Shown in pieces: positions 39,456 through 48,293 of a stretch of DNA of 64,000 nt. Source of the stretch: a virus. The stretch's first letter is position 1, and each line of letters starts with the position of its first letter. The notes beneath the pieces are model-generated. The model was not told the DNA's origin. It saw nothing but the letters and a program-made list of their open reading frames with translations, and searched no databases. The position numbers and the translations under genes were made by a program. The DNA is taken from IMG/VR virus record IMGVR_UViG_3300027708_002747, positions 1 to 64,000 of that record; one strand, 5' to 3'.

Positions 39456-39899
39456 ATGAAAAATTTAAATAACATAATTAAAAAAGTACTTAAAGAGGAA
39501 AATCAAAGATACATGTTTTTCTCTAACTTAGAACAAATGAAACGCCAATGCGAAATACTCCTTGGTAAAGATAAACAAATGATAGAATCTATTTTAGATA
39601 ATGGACATGATTGGGCTCAAGACCACATTGCAGAATCTAAAAATAATATGGACCAAGTTTTTGATTTTATAATGAATGAAATCGAAGGTGAGGACTTTAG
39701 TAGTGATGACGCAGTTGATGTAATGTATGAAGGTCGTAAAAAAGCTGGTACTAAATTATGCGCTCGTGGTTTAGCATCGGCAAAGGCAAAATATGACGTA
39801 TTTCCCTCAGCTTATAGTAATGGTCACGCTGTTCAAGTATGTAAAGGTAAAATCAAAGGTCTTGACGGAAAAAGACACTGTTCAGGAGCATATTGTTAA
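39456..39899 (+). CDS. Hypothetical protein with C-terminal PSAY/Cys domain
   Basis: IIKKVLKEE N-terminus; HDWA.DHI; LCARG..AKAKYDVFPSAYSNG.AVQVCKG. Confidence 0.6.
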   Translation: MKNLNNIIKKVLKEENQRYMFFSNLEQMKRQCEILLGKDKQMIESILDNGHDWAQDHIAESKNNMDQVFDFIMNEIEGEDFSSDDAVDVMYEGRKKAGTKLCARGLASAKAKYDVFPSAYSNGHAVQVCKGKIKGLDGKRHCSGAYC

Positions 39900-39907
39900 T
39901 CAATTAT

Positions 39908-39938
39908 TTTGAATTATTAAAAAATCGTAGTATATTTG
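39908..39938 (+). promoter_or_regulatory. Bacteroidota-type housekeeping promoter (-33 TTTG / -7 TAnnTTTG)
   Basis: TTTG at 39908-39911, a 19-nt spacer, then TATATTTG at 39931-39938. Confidence 0.7.
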
Positions 39939-39957
39939 TAGTCAAATCATAAATGAC

Positions 39958-40362
39958 ATGACTATAATAAAAAAACTGTGGATTAAGTATCGTCTGTATT
40001 TACGTAAATTAGACCGAAAGGATACCGAATTTGACATTTATATGTCTAACGTGAGGAAATGTTCCACCATATGTAGAAAACTCATTCATTCTCAAGATTC
40101 TGAACTCATAATTGCCCCCATATCCGATAAAAAATATATCCGTAATGATAAATTAGGTATTTTTGTTACAATGGATGGTGGGCAAGTTACGATAACCAAT
40201 CATACATACAGTTATTTTATTAAATTAAATAAAACTCAATGGGAAAAACTGGTTATCTCATTCCGTAGAGAAATGGAATATAGAGCGATGGAGATTGAAA
40301 AAGAATTAGAAAGTCAAATTAATCACTCACTTGATAATATTTATAATAAAATAAATTGTTAA
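39958..40362 (+). CDS. Hypothetical protein (early/middle-type promoter)
   Basis: ORF downstream of a host-type promoter. Confidence 0.65.
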   Translation: MTIIKKLWIKYRLYLRKLDRKDTEFDIYMSNVRKCSTICRKLIHSQDSELIIAPISDKKYIRNDKLGIFVTMDGGQVTITNHTYSYFIKLNKTQWEKLVISFRREMEYRAMEIEKELESQINHSLDNIYNKINC

Positions 40363-40372
40363 TATTAAAATC

Positions 40373-40618
40373 ATGTCAAAGTTAGATACCCAAATTAAAA
40401 AAGTATTAAAAGAAATGTCAGAAGAACCAGAATACGGAAGACTTGATAGAGGTTTAGTTCAAGACGTTATTGATAGATTACTATCAGATGAAACAGGTGG
40501 ATATAAAGGAGCACTAAAAGCTTTAAATTCTGAATTTAGTACAGGACAATATTCAAGACCTGAAAGAACGTATGAACCTCTTAAGCCAGGTATTAGAGTT
40601 GGTAAAAGTATTTATTAA
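40373..40618 (+). CDS. Hypothetical protein
   Basis: N-terminal IKKVLKEMSEE motif. Confidence 0.6.
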   Translation: MSKLDTQIKKVLKEMSEEPEYGRLDRGLVQDVIDRLLSDETGGYKGALKALNSEFSTGQYSRPERTYEPLKPGIRVGKSIY

Positions 40619-41346
40619 CCTAAAGATTTTCTAATCAAAGATATTAAGACCGATTCGTTGGTCTTTTTCTTTTTAGGTTTGTATGATGTCATCACAGGTT
40701 TTTGACCTTTACCCGTTTGAGTATCTTTTTTCTCAGCCTTTCTTTTTTGTTGACAAGCCGCCTTCTTTTGAGAATCTGACATTTTAGACGCTACACCTAC
40801 CGCCCTACATTTAGGATAACCCTTTGTATCACCTTCAGGTCTCCCACATGGTGGATGTTTACCATCTTTTTTACTACAGATATTAACCCACGGACCTTTA
40901 GGTTGTTTACTACCTTTTGGTTTTTTCTTAGTCCCAAACCAAACACCTAAATCTTCATTAACAATTTCTTTTTTAATTTGATTTTTACCTAAAACTTTTT
41001 TAAGTAATTTTTTGTTAAGAGGGTTGTCATTTAAATCACTTCCGTCATCGTCATTAAGAACAGGATGTTTTTTATCGTAATTTGAAAACTTTTTAGCAAC
41101 TTTTTCTTTGGTTTTAATATTTTTAGTATCAATATTACCGTCCAATGCGTCAACATATAATTGAGCGTTATCAAATTTTTCTAACGGAACAGTAAAAGGT
41201 TCTAAAGTATTTTTATCCCATAACTTTAAACCAGGACTTAAAGGACCCCTATAAGTTCCTGAACCTGATGTTACAGTTGCCTCGTTAACCATTTCCTCGT
41301 ACTCTAATAATTTTTGGAATATCTCCAAAATATTTTTACTTTCCAT
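40615..41346 (-). CDS. Basic protein with W..../CGR/YPKC domain (DUF5872-related)
   Basis: EDLGVWF...GPWVNI...PPCGR...YPKCR; ATAAATA at 41374-41380. Confidence 0.55.
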   Translation of the reverse strand: MESKNILEIFQKLLEYEEMVNEATVTSGSGTYRGPLSPGLKLWDKNTLEPFTVPLEKFDNAQLYVDALDGNIDTKNIKTKEKVAKKFSNYDKKHPVLNDDDGSDLNDNPLNKKLLKKVLGKNQIKKEIVNEDLGVWFGTKKKPKGSKQPKGPWVNICSKKDGKHPPCGRPEGDTKGYPKCRAVGVASKMSDSQKKAACQQKRKAEKKDTQTGKGQKPVMTSYKPKKKKTNESVLISLIRKSLG

Positions 41347-41389
41347 ATTAAAAAAAAAGAATTATATTTTAATATAAATATCTAATAAA

Positions 41390-41647
41390 ATGGAACAAAA
41401 CAATTCTGAAGAATTAAAAAAAGAAATTATTGAGAAATTTGAGAATCTTAGTCCTATTGGTAATTTATTTGATGTAATCAATTATAGTTCTTATGAAAAT
41501 TTAGATAAATTCATAGTTAATATGAGTGAAGAACAGGCTCTTTATTGTATAATTGAAGCAGTTAAATGTTCTTACAGACGAGGTGTATTTACTCTTGAAG
41601 AAAGTGAGGCGATATCCAAATCTTTGAGGATTATTTCATCTAAATAA
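41390..41647 (+). CDS. Hypothetical protein
   Basis: ORF ending at a bidirectional terminator. Confidence 0.65.
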   Translation: MEQNNSEELKKEIIEKFENLSPIGNLFDVINYSSYENLDKFIVNMSEEQALYCIIEAVKCSYRRGVFTLEESEAISKSLRIISSK

Positions 41648-41676
41648 AAAAAGGTCAGATTTCTCTGACTTTTTTT
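41646..41676. terminator. Bidirectional intrinsic terminator
   Basis: A7-g-GTCAGA-tttc-TCTGAC-T7 type hairpin between convergent genes. Confidence 0.8.
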
Positions 41677-41677
41677 A

Positions 41678-42355
41678 TTATATTTTATTTGATTTACGAA
41701 TATTTTCATCCCCCCATAACGGTTGTAAGTTTTTTAACGACCAACATTCCATAAATGACTCATCTCCAATTTCTTGTATATTAAATGAAGAAATTGGACG
41801 TATGTGGTCAACATGCCATATACCGTAATTGTCCCACGACATTTCACCTATAAATTTTTTTTCTAAATGAGTTATTAACTCATCAGGTGAATATTTTAAA
41901 ATTTCAAAATAATGTCCATTTTTTTGTACATTACTTTCTTTCAAAACCTGATATATCGCAGTACGGAAATTATTGATTAGTTTGTAGATGGGGTCATTAT
42001 GTTTACGATTTTTTTCGTAATTACGTTTATTTTCTCTATGTTTATCTATATTTTTTTCTCTCCACTCTTTATGATATTCATTAAGATGTTCTCTGTTTTT
42101 TTCAGACCAAGTTTTGTGTTTTTGTGAAAGATATTCTTTATTACTATCTCTCCATTTTTTATCGGCAATTTTTCTACCACCAATAAACCTTCTACCTGAA
42201 GGGCCTAATTTTACACCATTTTCTTTTAATATTCTTAAAATTGTTGGTTTACTTATACCTGTTTTTTCAGAAATAGTTTGTGAACCTAGAAGTTCTTCAT
42301 TATACATTTTTAATATATCAGATAATTCTTTATCATTAGGGTTATACTTTTTCAT
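41678..42355 (-). CDS. Free-standing HNH homing endonuclease with N-terminal HTH
   Basis: SWDNYG.WHVDHIRPISSF...CW...NLQPLW..EN..KSNK; N-terminal ISEKTGISKPTILRIL. Confidence 0.85.
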   Translation of the reverse strand: MKKYNPNDKELSDILKMYNEELLGSQTISEKTGISKPTILRILKENGVKLGPSGRRFIGGRKIADKKWRDSNKEYLSQKHKTWSEKNREHLNEYHKEWREKNIDKHRENKRNYEKNRKHNDPIYKLINNFRTAIYQVLKESNVQKNGHYFEILKYSPDELITHLEKKFIGEMSWDNYGIWHVDHIRPISSFNIQEIGDESFMECWSLKNLQPLWGDENIRKSNKI

Positions 42356-42410
42356 ATATTATAAATATAATATATTTTACCAAAAAAACAATTATTTAAT
42401 GTTGTAAAAT

Positions 42411-42441
42411 AAAAAAAGGGACAATTTCTTGTCCCTTTTTT
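42411..42441 (-). terminator. Intrinsic terminator after the major capsid gene
   Basis: A7-GGGACAA-tttc-TTGTCCC-T6; the loop reads GAAA on the minus strand. Confidence 0.85.
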
Positions 42442-42460
42442 ATTATCAATTAAGATAAGA

Positions 42461-44335
42461 TTATCTTAATTCATTCAAATCGAATGTACGAACACCATCA
42501 ACGATAATACGGCCATAGAAGCGATTGTTCACCATCTTTTTCGCGTATCTCGTCATAATACCCTTAATAGGAGTAAAGTTGAATGGGTTATACATTGTTG
42601 GAGTTAATTGTAACGGTACGTATGGAGCGTAGATATATCCAGTGTCCAATAAAGAAGTACCTTTATGACCAATCAACACAGTGTTAGCTGGGAAGTATGG
42701 GTCACGGTATACTTGATAACGACCACTTAATGTACCAACTCTCTCGATACCCATGTTGAATTGGTCCTGCTCAGGAGCCGCATTTGATACGTGGAAGTAT
42801 TCCAAGTCATCAAAGATAGCACTGATTTCAGAAGATACAACAATCCAGTTTGCTCCACCTCTTAAAGTAGATTTGTGGATTTGAGCTGAAATTTGGTTGA
42901 TTGCAGTAATCAACGTTTGGTTCCAGTCCTTTTGAGTGTAAGGAGTTGATTGGTTGTTCAGACGCTTCCATCCGTTGTAATCCCAACGTAATGTCCAAGC
43001 CGCACCTTTACGTAAGTCACGTAAGATTTCACGGTCAATTTCAGCTGCAACTTGTTCAGATAATAAAGCTGTTAATTCAGCTTCAGCATCGATGTTGTGG
43101 AATGCCGCAACGTCTTGAGCAAGTTCTGGAGACCATTGTGCTCTTAATTTTCTTTCTGTAACAGATACAGTTACTGACTCAAGGTCAAAAGAAACTTCAC
43201 CAATTTTGTCTTCAAATTCTAACTCTTCGTAACGTCTCCAAGCTGCTTTGATGTTAGTTAAAGAAGTAGCTCCGCTCCATTGAGATGCGGTTAATGTCGC
43301 TCCAGAATATCCATCAGGAGTTGTTTGACCACATGATATACATGCAGGAACTTGAGTATCAATTTCTAAATAGATAAATCCTGTAGTACTACAAATGTTA
43401 TCATAATAACCACCATTACCACCCGATGTTGTAGTGTTAAATCCAGCTTGAGTACGTGTGTAGTTTGGACCTACAATACCTTGACCATATTTTTGAGTAA
43501 CAACACGGAATAAAAGTGGTGTAAATGTTGCAGTATTTAAGTTAGAAGCTGCCGTTGAGTTATCAGTATAAAGAATTAAGTTAGCTAAAAACTCATCAGT
43601 ATCTTGTTCTTGACCGTTTGGTCCGATTAACTTACCAACACCAGCATTTGAGAAACCTGATAATGCAACGATGATTTTTCTAAATTCAGCGTTAGAACCA
43701 CCTACAGTGTAAGCTGAATATACAAGAGCTCCACTAGACCAAGCAACTGTTGGAGTCGCAGATGTAATTGTAAGGAAACGACCTTTAGAGTAATCGAACA
43801 AACCTGCTGGGTTAAGACCTGGCTCAGTTCCTTCGTAGAACATATCATAAAGGTTCTTAGGTGCTGTACCAAATGGTTGACCTGTTCCTGTATCATATCC
43901 TGAAAGAGGATTTCCAGGATAGTTACCAGGAGAACCTACTGGCGCGTAGTGGTCACCTGATGTAACACCAAGAGTGTCAACTGCAGAACCACCTGAATAA
44001 CCTTGAATCTTAGGTATGAAGTAGAACAATTTACCAATTGGTAAGTTCATAGCTTGTACCGATACAATCTCGTTAGACAATAATTTAGAGAACACACGTC
44101 TGATGATAGGAAATACCACAGTTTCGAATGAACCTGAATCAGCTGATGATGCAGCTTCGTTAATTAAATGTGACGCTTGGTTTTCATACAATTGTGCAAC
44201 ATTTTCTTTTAGGTGGCCTCTAAGACCTTCTAGGAACCCTAATTTGTCCCATTTGTTTATAGTGTCTTCTTTGATAACTTTCAAGTGTTTAAGACCGATG
44301 TTACCTACTAATCCACTTTCTAATAATGCTCCCAT
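42461..44335 (-). CDS. Major capsid protein (T4 gp23-like) with a large insertion domain
   Basis: FPIIRRVF, VSVQAMNLPIG, RKLRAQWSPELAQD, DAEAELT, EIDREI, YAPYVPLQ, F.P.KGIMTRY. Confidence 0.97.
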   Translation of the reverse strand: MGALLESGLVGNIGLKHLKVIKEDTINKWDKLGFLEGLRGHLKENVAQLYENQASHLINEAASSADSGSFETVVFPIIRRVFSKLLSNEIVSVQAMNLPIGKLFYFIPKIQGYSGGSAVDTLGVTSGDHYAPVGSPGNYPGNPLSGYDTGTGQPFGTAPKNLYDMFYEGTEPGLNPAGLFDYSKGRFLTITSATPTVAWSSGALVYSAYTVGGSNAEFRKIIVALSGFSNAGVGKLIGPNGQEQDTDEFLANLILYTDNSTAASNLNTATFTPLLFRVVTQKYGQGIVGPNYTRTQAGFNTTTSGGNGGYYDNICSTTGFIYLEIDTQVPACISCGQTTPDGYSGATLTASQWSGATSLTNIKAAWRRYEELEFEDKIGEVSFDLESVTVSVTERKLRAQWSPELAQDVAAFHNIDAEAELTALLSEQVAAEIDREILRDLRKGAAWTLRWDYNGWKRLNNQSTPYTQKDWNQTLITAINQISAQIHKSTLRGGANWIVVSSEISAIFDDLEYFHVSNAAPEQDQFNMGIERVGTLSGRYQVYRDPYFPANTVLIGHKGTSLLDTGYIYAPYVPLQLTPTMYNPFNFTPIKGIMTRYAKKMVNNRFYGRIIVDGVRTFDLNELR

Positions 44336-44363
44336 TTATTTTATAGGTTTTTTATTTTTAAGT

Positions 44364-45767
44364 TTATTTTATTATTTTTGACATAATGTCTTTCATTCTC
44401 AAGAATTGAGGGTTCTCGTAAGTTTTAGATTCAATTAGATTAACTGCTGAACCTGACTGTGGAGATTTATCAATTACTTTTTCGATTGACTCAGTCATGA
44501 ACTTTTTGGATTCTCCTCCAAGTTCTTCTTTTATTGTTCTATATAAAGCTTTAGATTCTTTAAGACTTTCTGCAGAATCAAATCTTCTTAAAACGTTAAT
44601 TTTTTCTTGCTTTGATGTAGAATGTTCAGTGAACAATCTTGTAGCATATGCTAAATTTGAATTAAATACAGCAACTTCGTTAAGTTTATCTCTAAACATA
44701 TTTAGAGCTTTTCTGTATTCTTCATTTTTAACTTTTAACATTTCAAGTTCTTCAACCATAGATTCAGTGTAAAGACGTGCTTGTTTTTGTCCAGCCTGAG
44801 CTCCTTTTTTAAGTGCTCCTTCTCTCCATCCCATACCATAAGTACGAGCAGCTTCTTTAGCTTCTTCCTTAGATAATTTTGGAGTTCTTGACGGCATTTC
44901 AAAACTCTCACTTTCTTTAAATTCAAACTTAGGTTTACCTGTTCCCATAGTTGGGTTAGCACGCTTCTCAATTTTACTAAACCCCCCTTTAGTTAAAGGA
45001 GTATTCTTATGCCATCCGTATTGTTTAGCGTCACCACCAATTTTAGCATTTTTACCAATTTTTGGTTTCATTGATGCTTTTCCTTTAGTAGTTTCTTCTT
45101 TAAACCCTTTTGAAAGTCCAACTAATTGTGCAGATTCTGTCATGTATTCTTCATCTTCTTCAGCTTCCTCATCCATTTCAATTTCGTAAACGACTTCTTC
45201 ATTTTCTTCTTCTTCTTCTTCATTAAAGTCACCCATTTCATACTCTTCCTCTTCAGATTCAGTTTGAATAAGATATTCATCTTCTTCATCTTTCAAATGA
45301 ATAAAATCACCATCTTTCTTAATTTCGAAAGTGTCGGTAGGTTTCATTTCTTTAAAAGCTTTTAAAACTGTGTCCATTGACTCGTCAGATAAATCTTGGA
45401 TTCCCATAGAATCGAAGTCATCGTCACCACTCATATCAGATAAATTTGACATGTCAAACATTTCATCAGAATCTTCTTCATCTTCAGTTTCAAATTCGTC
45501 TTCTTCCTCTTCAGATTCGTCTTCTTCAGACTCGTCTTCTAATTCAAATTCGTCTTCTTCTTCCTCAGAATCATCTTCAGATTCCATTTCGTCTTCAACT
45601 TCAAATTCATCTTCTTCTTCAGCCTCATTTTTCATAGACTCTTTTACTAATTCGCTAATTTCTTCTTTCATTGTAGAATGAAGTATTTCTTTTGCATTTT
45701 CATTGATTGCTTCTTCCAAATTTTGTATTTGGATTAATGCTTCTTCAACTAAGTTTTTTTCTGCCAT
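44364..45767 (-). CDS. Prohead core/scaffold protein (gp22-like position)
   Basis: Very acidic coiled-coil protein directly upstream of the MCP; LNEV..FN..L.Y..LF and QF.RMK motifs. Confidence 0.75.
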   Translation of the reverse strand: MAEKNLVEEALIQIQNLEEAINENAKEILHSTMKEEISELVKESMKNEAEEEDEFEVEDEMESEDDSEEEEDEFELEDESEEDESEEEEDEFETEDEEDSDEMFDMSNLSDMSGDDDFDSMGIQDLSDESMDTVLKAFKEMKPTDTFEIKKDGDFIHLKDEEDEYLIQTESEEEEYEMGDFNEEEEEENEEVVYEIEMDEEAEEDEEYMTESAQLVGLSKGFKEETTKGKASMKPKIGKNAKIGGDAKQYGWHKNTPLTKGGFSKIEKRANPTMGTGKPKFEFKESESFEMPSRTPKLSKEEAKEAARTYGMGWREGALKKGAQAGQKQARLYTESMVEELEMLKVKNEEYRKALNMFRDKLNEVAVFNSNLAYATRLFTEHSTSKQEKINVLRRFDSAESLKESKALYRTIKEELGGESKKFMTESIEKVIDKSPQSGSAVNLIESKTYENPQFLRMKDIMSKIIK

Positions 45768-45835
45768 TTGTGCGTTATTTTATTAAATAAATATATAGAT
45801 GTTTAGAAAAATTAATTTTTTTTAGTATATAAATG

Positions 45836-45860
45836 AAAAAAGGGACTTTCGTCCCCTTTT
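45836..45860 (-). terminator. Intrinsic terminator
   Basis: A6-GGGAC-tttc-GTCCC-cT4. Confidence 0.75.
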
Positions 45861-45882
45861 AAATTCTTTTTTAACTTTGTGA

Positions 45883-46098
45883 TTACTCAAACACTTCGTC
45901 AATTTTACTCTCACTTACTGAAGTAATTCTCCAATCATAACTAAATGATTTGTAAGCTTCAGTAACTTTAGCTTCGACATCAGTAACAGAATAACCTCTT
46001 ACAAGTTTTTCTTCTCTTACTTTTTTAATTTTTCCTGTGTTTTCATCTGGTAAATCGTATTGGATTTTAGCCACAAAGTATTTTTCGTCCATTTCCAT
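45883..46098 (-). CDS. DUF4494-like protein
   Basis: YF.AKI.Y...GKIKKV.E..LV...SVTDVEAKV pattern, which is common in Bacteroidota and their phages. Confidence 0.65.
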   Translation of the reverse strand: MEMDEKYFVAKIQYDLPDENTGKIKKVREEKLVRGYSVTDVEAKVTEAYKSFSYDWRITSVSESKIDEVFE

Positions 46099-46104
46099 AA
46101 TTAT

Positions 46105-46824
46105 TTATTTTCCTAAATAATCGGTAAGTCTTCCCATTAAATCAAGCGATTTGTTAACTGTTCTAGAAGCTTTTAGTTCATTTTCTTCTTGAAGGTTCTC
46201 TTCAAACGCAAATCGACCATCAGGTTCAGTAAATAAATAAGCTCCTGGTGTTGATGGTGAGGATACCAAGTCAAAACAAATTAATTCAAAATCGTCTTGT
46301 ACTTCGTTTTGGTCACCAACTTTTTTAAGCGAACCTACCCCTCTTGATGATATACCTAACGTTACACCCAATCTTAATAGGTTTGCCGCTTGGTCACCCT
46401 TTGTTGATACGATACCTCTTTCATGGAACCCTGGAGAAGTCAAAAGTAATAGTTTACCCAATAGAACATTACCATCCCACCACATCTCTGTAATCATGTG
46501 TGATACTCTATCTAAATCTATCAATGAAGACTCAGGGTGATTGAGTTCAGATAAAGAGGTTTTTTTACCTATATAATTTTTTATATAATTTTCAGACTCT
46601 CTCTTTAAAATTCTTTCAGGATATGTTCTACCGTTTCTATTTGGTGTATTGTATTTTTGTAGAACGGCGTAGAATTCAAATGGTTTTGAATAATCTTTAA
46701 AATCCTTACTTTCTTGCAAGAAGGTTTGATTATTTTTTTCTGTTGGGGAAACATATCCAGCATCCATCTCAATTAAAATACCTTTTCCTGTTTCTCTTGG
46801 ACCTAATATTTTGTAATTTTGCAT
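46105..46824 (-). CDS. Prohead core protein protease (T4 gp21-like)
   Basis: NRNGRTYP, ELNHP, VSH.I, GISSRGVGS, FDLVSSPSTPGA. Confidence 0.95.
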   Translation of the reverse strand: MQNYKILGPRETGKGILIEMDAGYVSPTEKNNQTFLQESKDFKDYSKPFEFYAVLQKYNTPNRNGRTYPERILKRESENYIKNYIGKKTSLSELNHPESSLIDLDRVSHMITEMWWDGNVLLGKLLLLTSPGFHERGIVSTKGDQAANLLRLGVTLGISSRGVGSLKKVGDQNEVQDDFELICFDLVSSPSTPGAYLFTEPDGRFAFEENLQEENELKASRTVNKSLDLMGRLTDYLGK

Positions 46825-46846
46825 TTTATCTTTTTATAGATAAATA

Positions 46847-47311
46847 TTAAATACTTTCTATTTTATCGATTGTTTTTGTTTTACTAGATTTTGTAAGGTA
46901 AAATTTAAAATAATTTGATTTTTTAAACGATTCTGTTTCAATATAATTTATAATATTTTTAATAGAATTTTTTAACTCAGTAGATTTAAAATCGACATCT
47001 TTTTTCAAAAAGAATGTTACCTCTAAATTCATGAAAGACCTTTTTTTAACTGATATCCCACTTGTTCTCAAATCTAAATCAACTATAAATTTTTCATTTA
47101 ATAATTCATTGTCGATAATTTCTATTAAATTTGTTTTAATATTTTTATTAAAAACTGATACAATTCTATTCCAACTTTCTTCGTGTGTTTTTGGTTTGAC
47201 CCAAGATTGGATATTTAAATAAATTGATTTTAAATTTTTCGAGTCAACCGTACCATATGAACATTTTATTTGTTTATATCCTCTAACCACACAACTTTTT
47301 CCTTTTTTCAT
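46847..47311 (-). CDS. Hypothetical protein
   Basis: Basic ORF with YGTVD..N.KSIY and FIVDLDLRTSG segments. Confidence 0.65.
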   Translation of the reverse strand: MKKGKSCVVRGYKQIKCSYGTVDSKNLKSIYLNIQSWVKPKTHEESWNRIVSVFNKNIKTNLIEIIDNELLNEKFIVDLDLRTSGISVKKRSFMNLEVTFFLKKDVDFKSTELKNSIKNIINYIETESFKKSNYFKFYLTKSSKTKTIDKIESI

Positions 47312-47379
47312 TTACAAGTTTTCCATATCTTCGTTTATTTATGTAAGTAATAATAATCAACAAAAACCGAGTTGTCAAA

Positions 47380-47565
47380 ATGTTAATAATTCCCGTTAAA
47401 AATAATGATTTAGAAAAATCTTTAAAAAATTTTAAATCAAAAGTTTTAAAAACTAAAATGATTGTAGAGTTGCAAAACAGAAAAAACTACAAAAAAAAAT
47501 CTGACATAAAACGTCAGATTTTAAACGATGCTATTTATAAAAATTCAAAAAATAATGAATTATAA
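47380..47565 (+). CDS. rpsU: Ribosomal protein bS21
   Basis: MLIIPVK..LEKSLK.FK.KV.KT...EL..R..Y.K.S..KR....AIY resembles Bacteroidota bS21; antisense to the head genes. Confidence 0.85.
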   Translation: MLIIPVKNNDLEKSLKNFKSKVLKTKMIVELQNRKNYKKKSDIKRQILNDAIYKNSKNNEL

Positions 47566-48270
47566 ATTTTGAGTTAAATTCATCAATTTAATATATTCTT
47601 TTTTAGAATGTTTTACATTTGTAAGTCTTTCTTTTGTTTCTAATAAAACTTTTGATAATTCTTCATCTGATTCAGAGATAAGAGTATCAATTTTTTGAAT
47701 TGCAGTTTCTTTTAATTCAGTAAATTTTGTTTTTAAGTTTTCATCATTTGACGTTAAAACTTCTTTTACAGAATTTCTTTCAGACTCAGTTAAGTTTTCT
47801 AAATATTTTTCAGCAGTCTTATTAGCAACTTTCAACATTGAGCTAATTGGGACATTTGAAGATTTGTTTTCTTTAATTATTGGTTTTTTACCTAAAGACT
47901 CAACAATTGATTTTTTAGCAATTGATTTCTTTTCAGGTTTTAGTAAATCGCCATAAAATAGTTCATCAATTGTTTTGTATTTGTTTTCAAGTACAATATC
48001 TTTAGTCCAACTTTTGACAAAACTTACTGTATTCTCAGATAATTTAATTTGTCTAAATTCATTAGATAAATCATCAACCAAATAAGTTGCAGTTTCTTTA
48101 TCTAATTCTTTATTTTCTTTTAAATTATCATATATCGACATTAATTTACAAAAATCACTATTTTTAAGTAATTTTCTTTCAAAAAGTCTCATATCAGTTT
48201 TAAGAGTTCCTTTAACAAAGGAATCAATTAATTTATTTTCTACTAATGTTTTTATTAATCCGAATCTCAT
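47560..48270 (-). CDS. Hypothetical head-module protein
   Basis: Downstream of the portal gene; ATAAATA at 48287-48293. Confidence 0.65.
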   Translation of the reverse strand: MRFGLIKTLVENKLIDSFVKGTLKTDMRLFERKLLKNSDFCKLMSIYDNLKENKELDKETATYLVDDLSNEFRQIKLSENTVSFVKSWTKDIVLENKYKTIDELFYGDLLKPEKKSIAKKSIVESLGKKPIIKENKSSNVPISSMLKVANKTAEKYLENLTESERNSVKEVLTSNDENLKTKFTELKETAIQKIDTLISESDEELSKVLLETKERLTNVKHSKKEYIKLMNLTQNL

Positions 48271-48293
48271 ATCTATATTTTTTTATATAAATA

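Noticed and set aside
41373-41380. Canonical T4 late promoter TATAAATA driving the plus-strand gene at 41390
   Set aside because: At nearly all other sites the motif is oriented as TATTTAT on the coding strand, so it is better assigned to the minus gene starting at 41346.
45331-45681. Ser-rich plus-strand ORF (and 45126-45365, 45446-45637)
   Set aside because: Antisense shadow of the Glu/Asp-rich scaffold gene; GAA/GAT codons read as Ser/Phe/Ile on the opposite strand.
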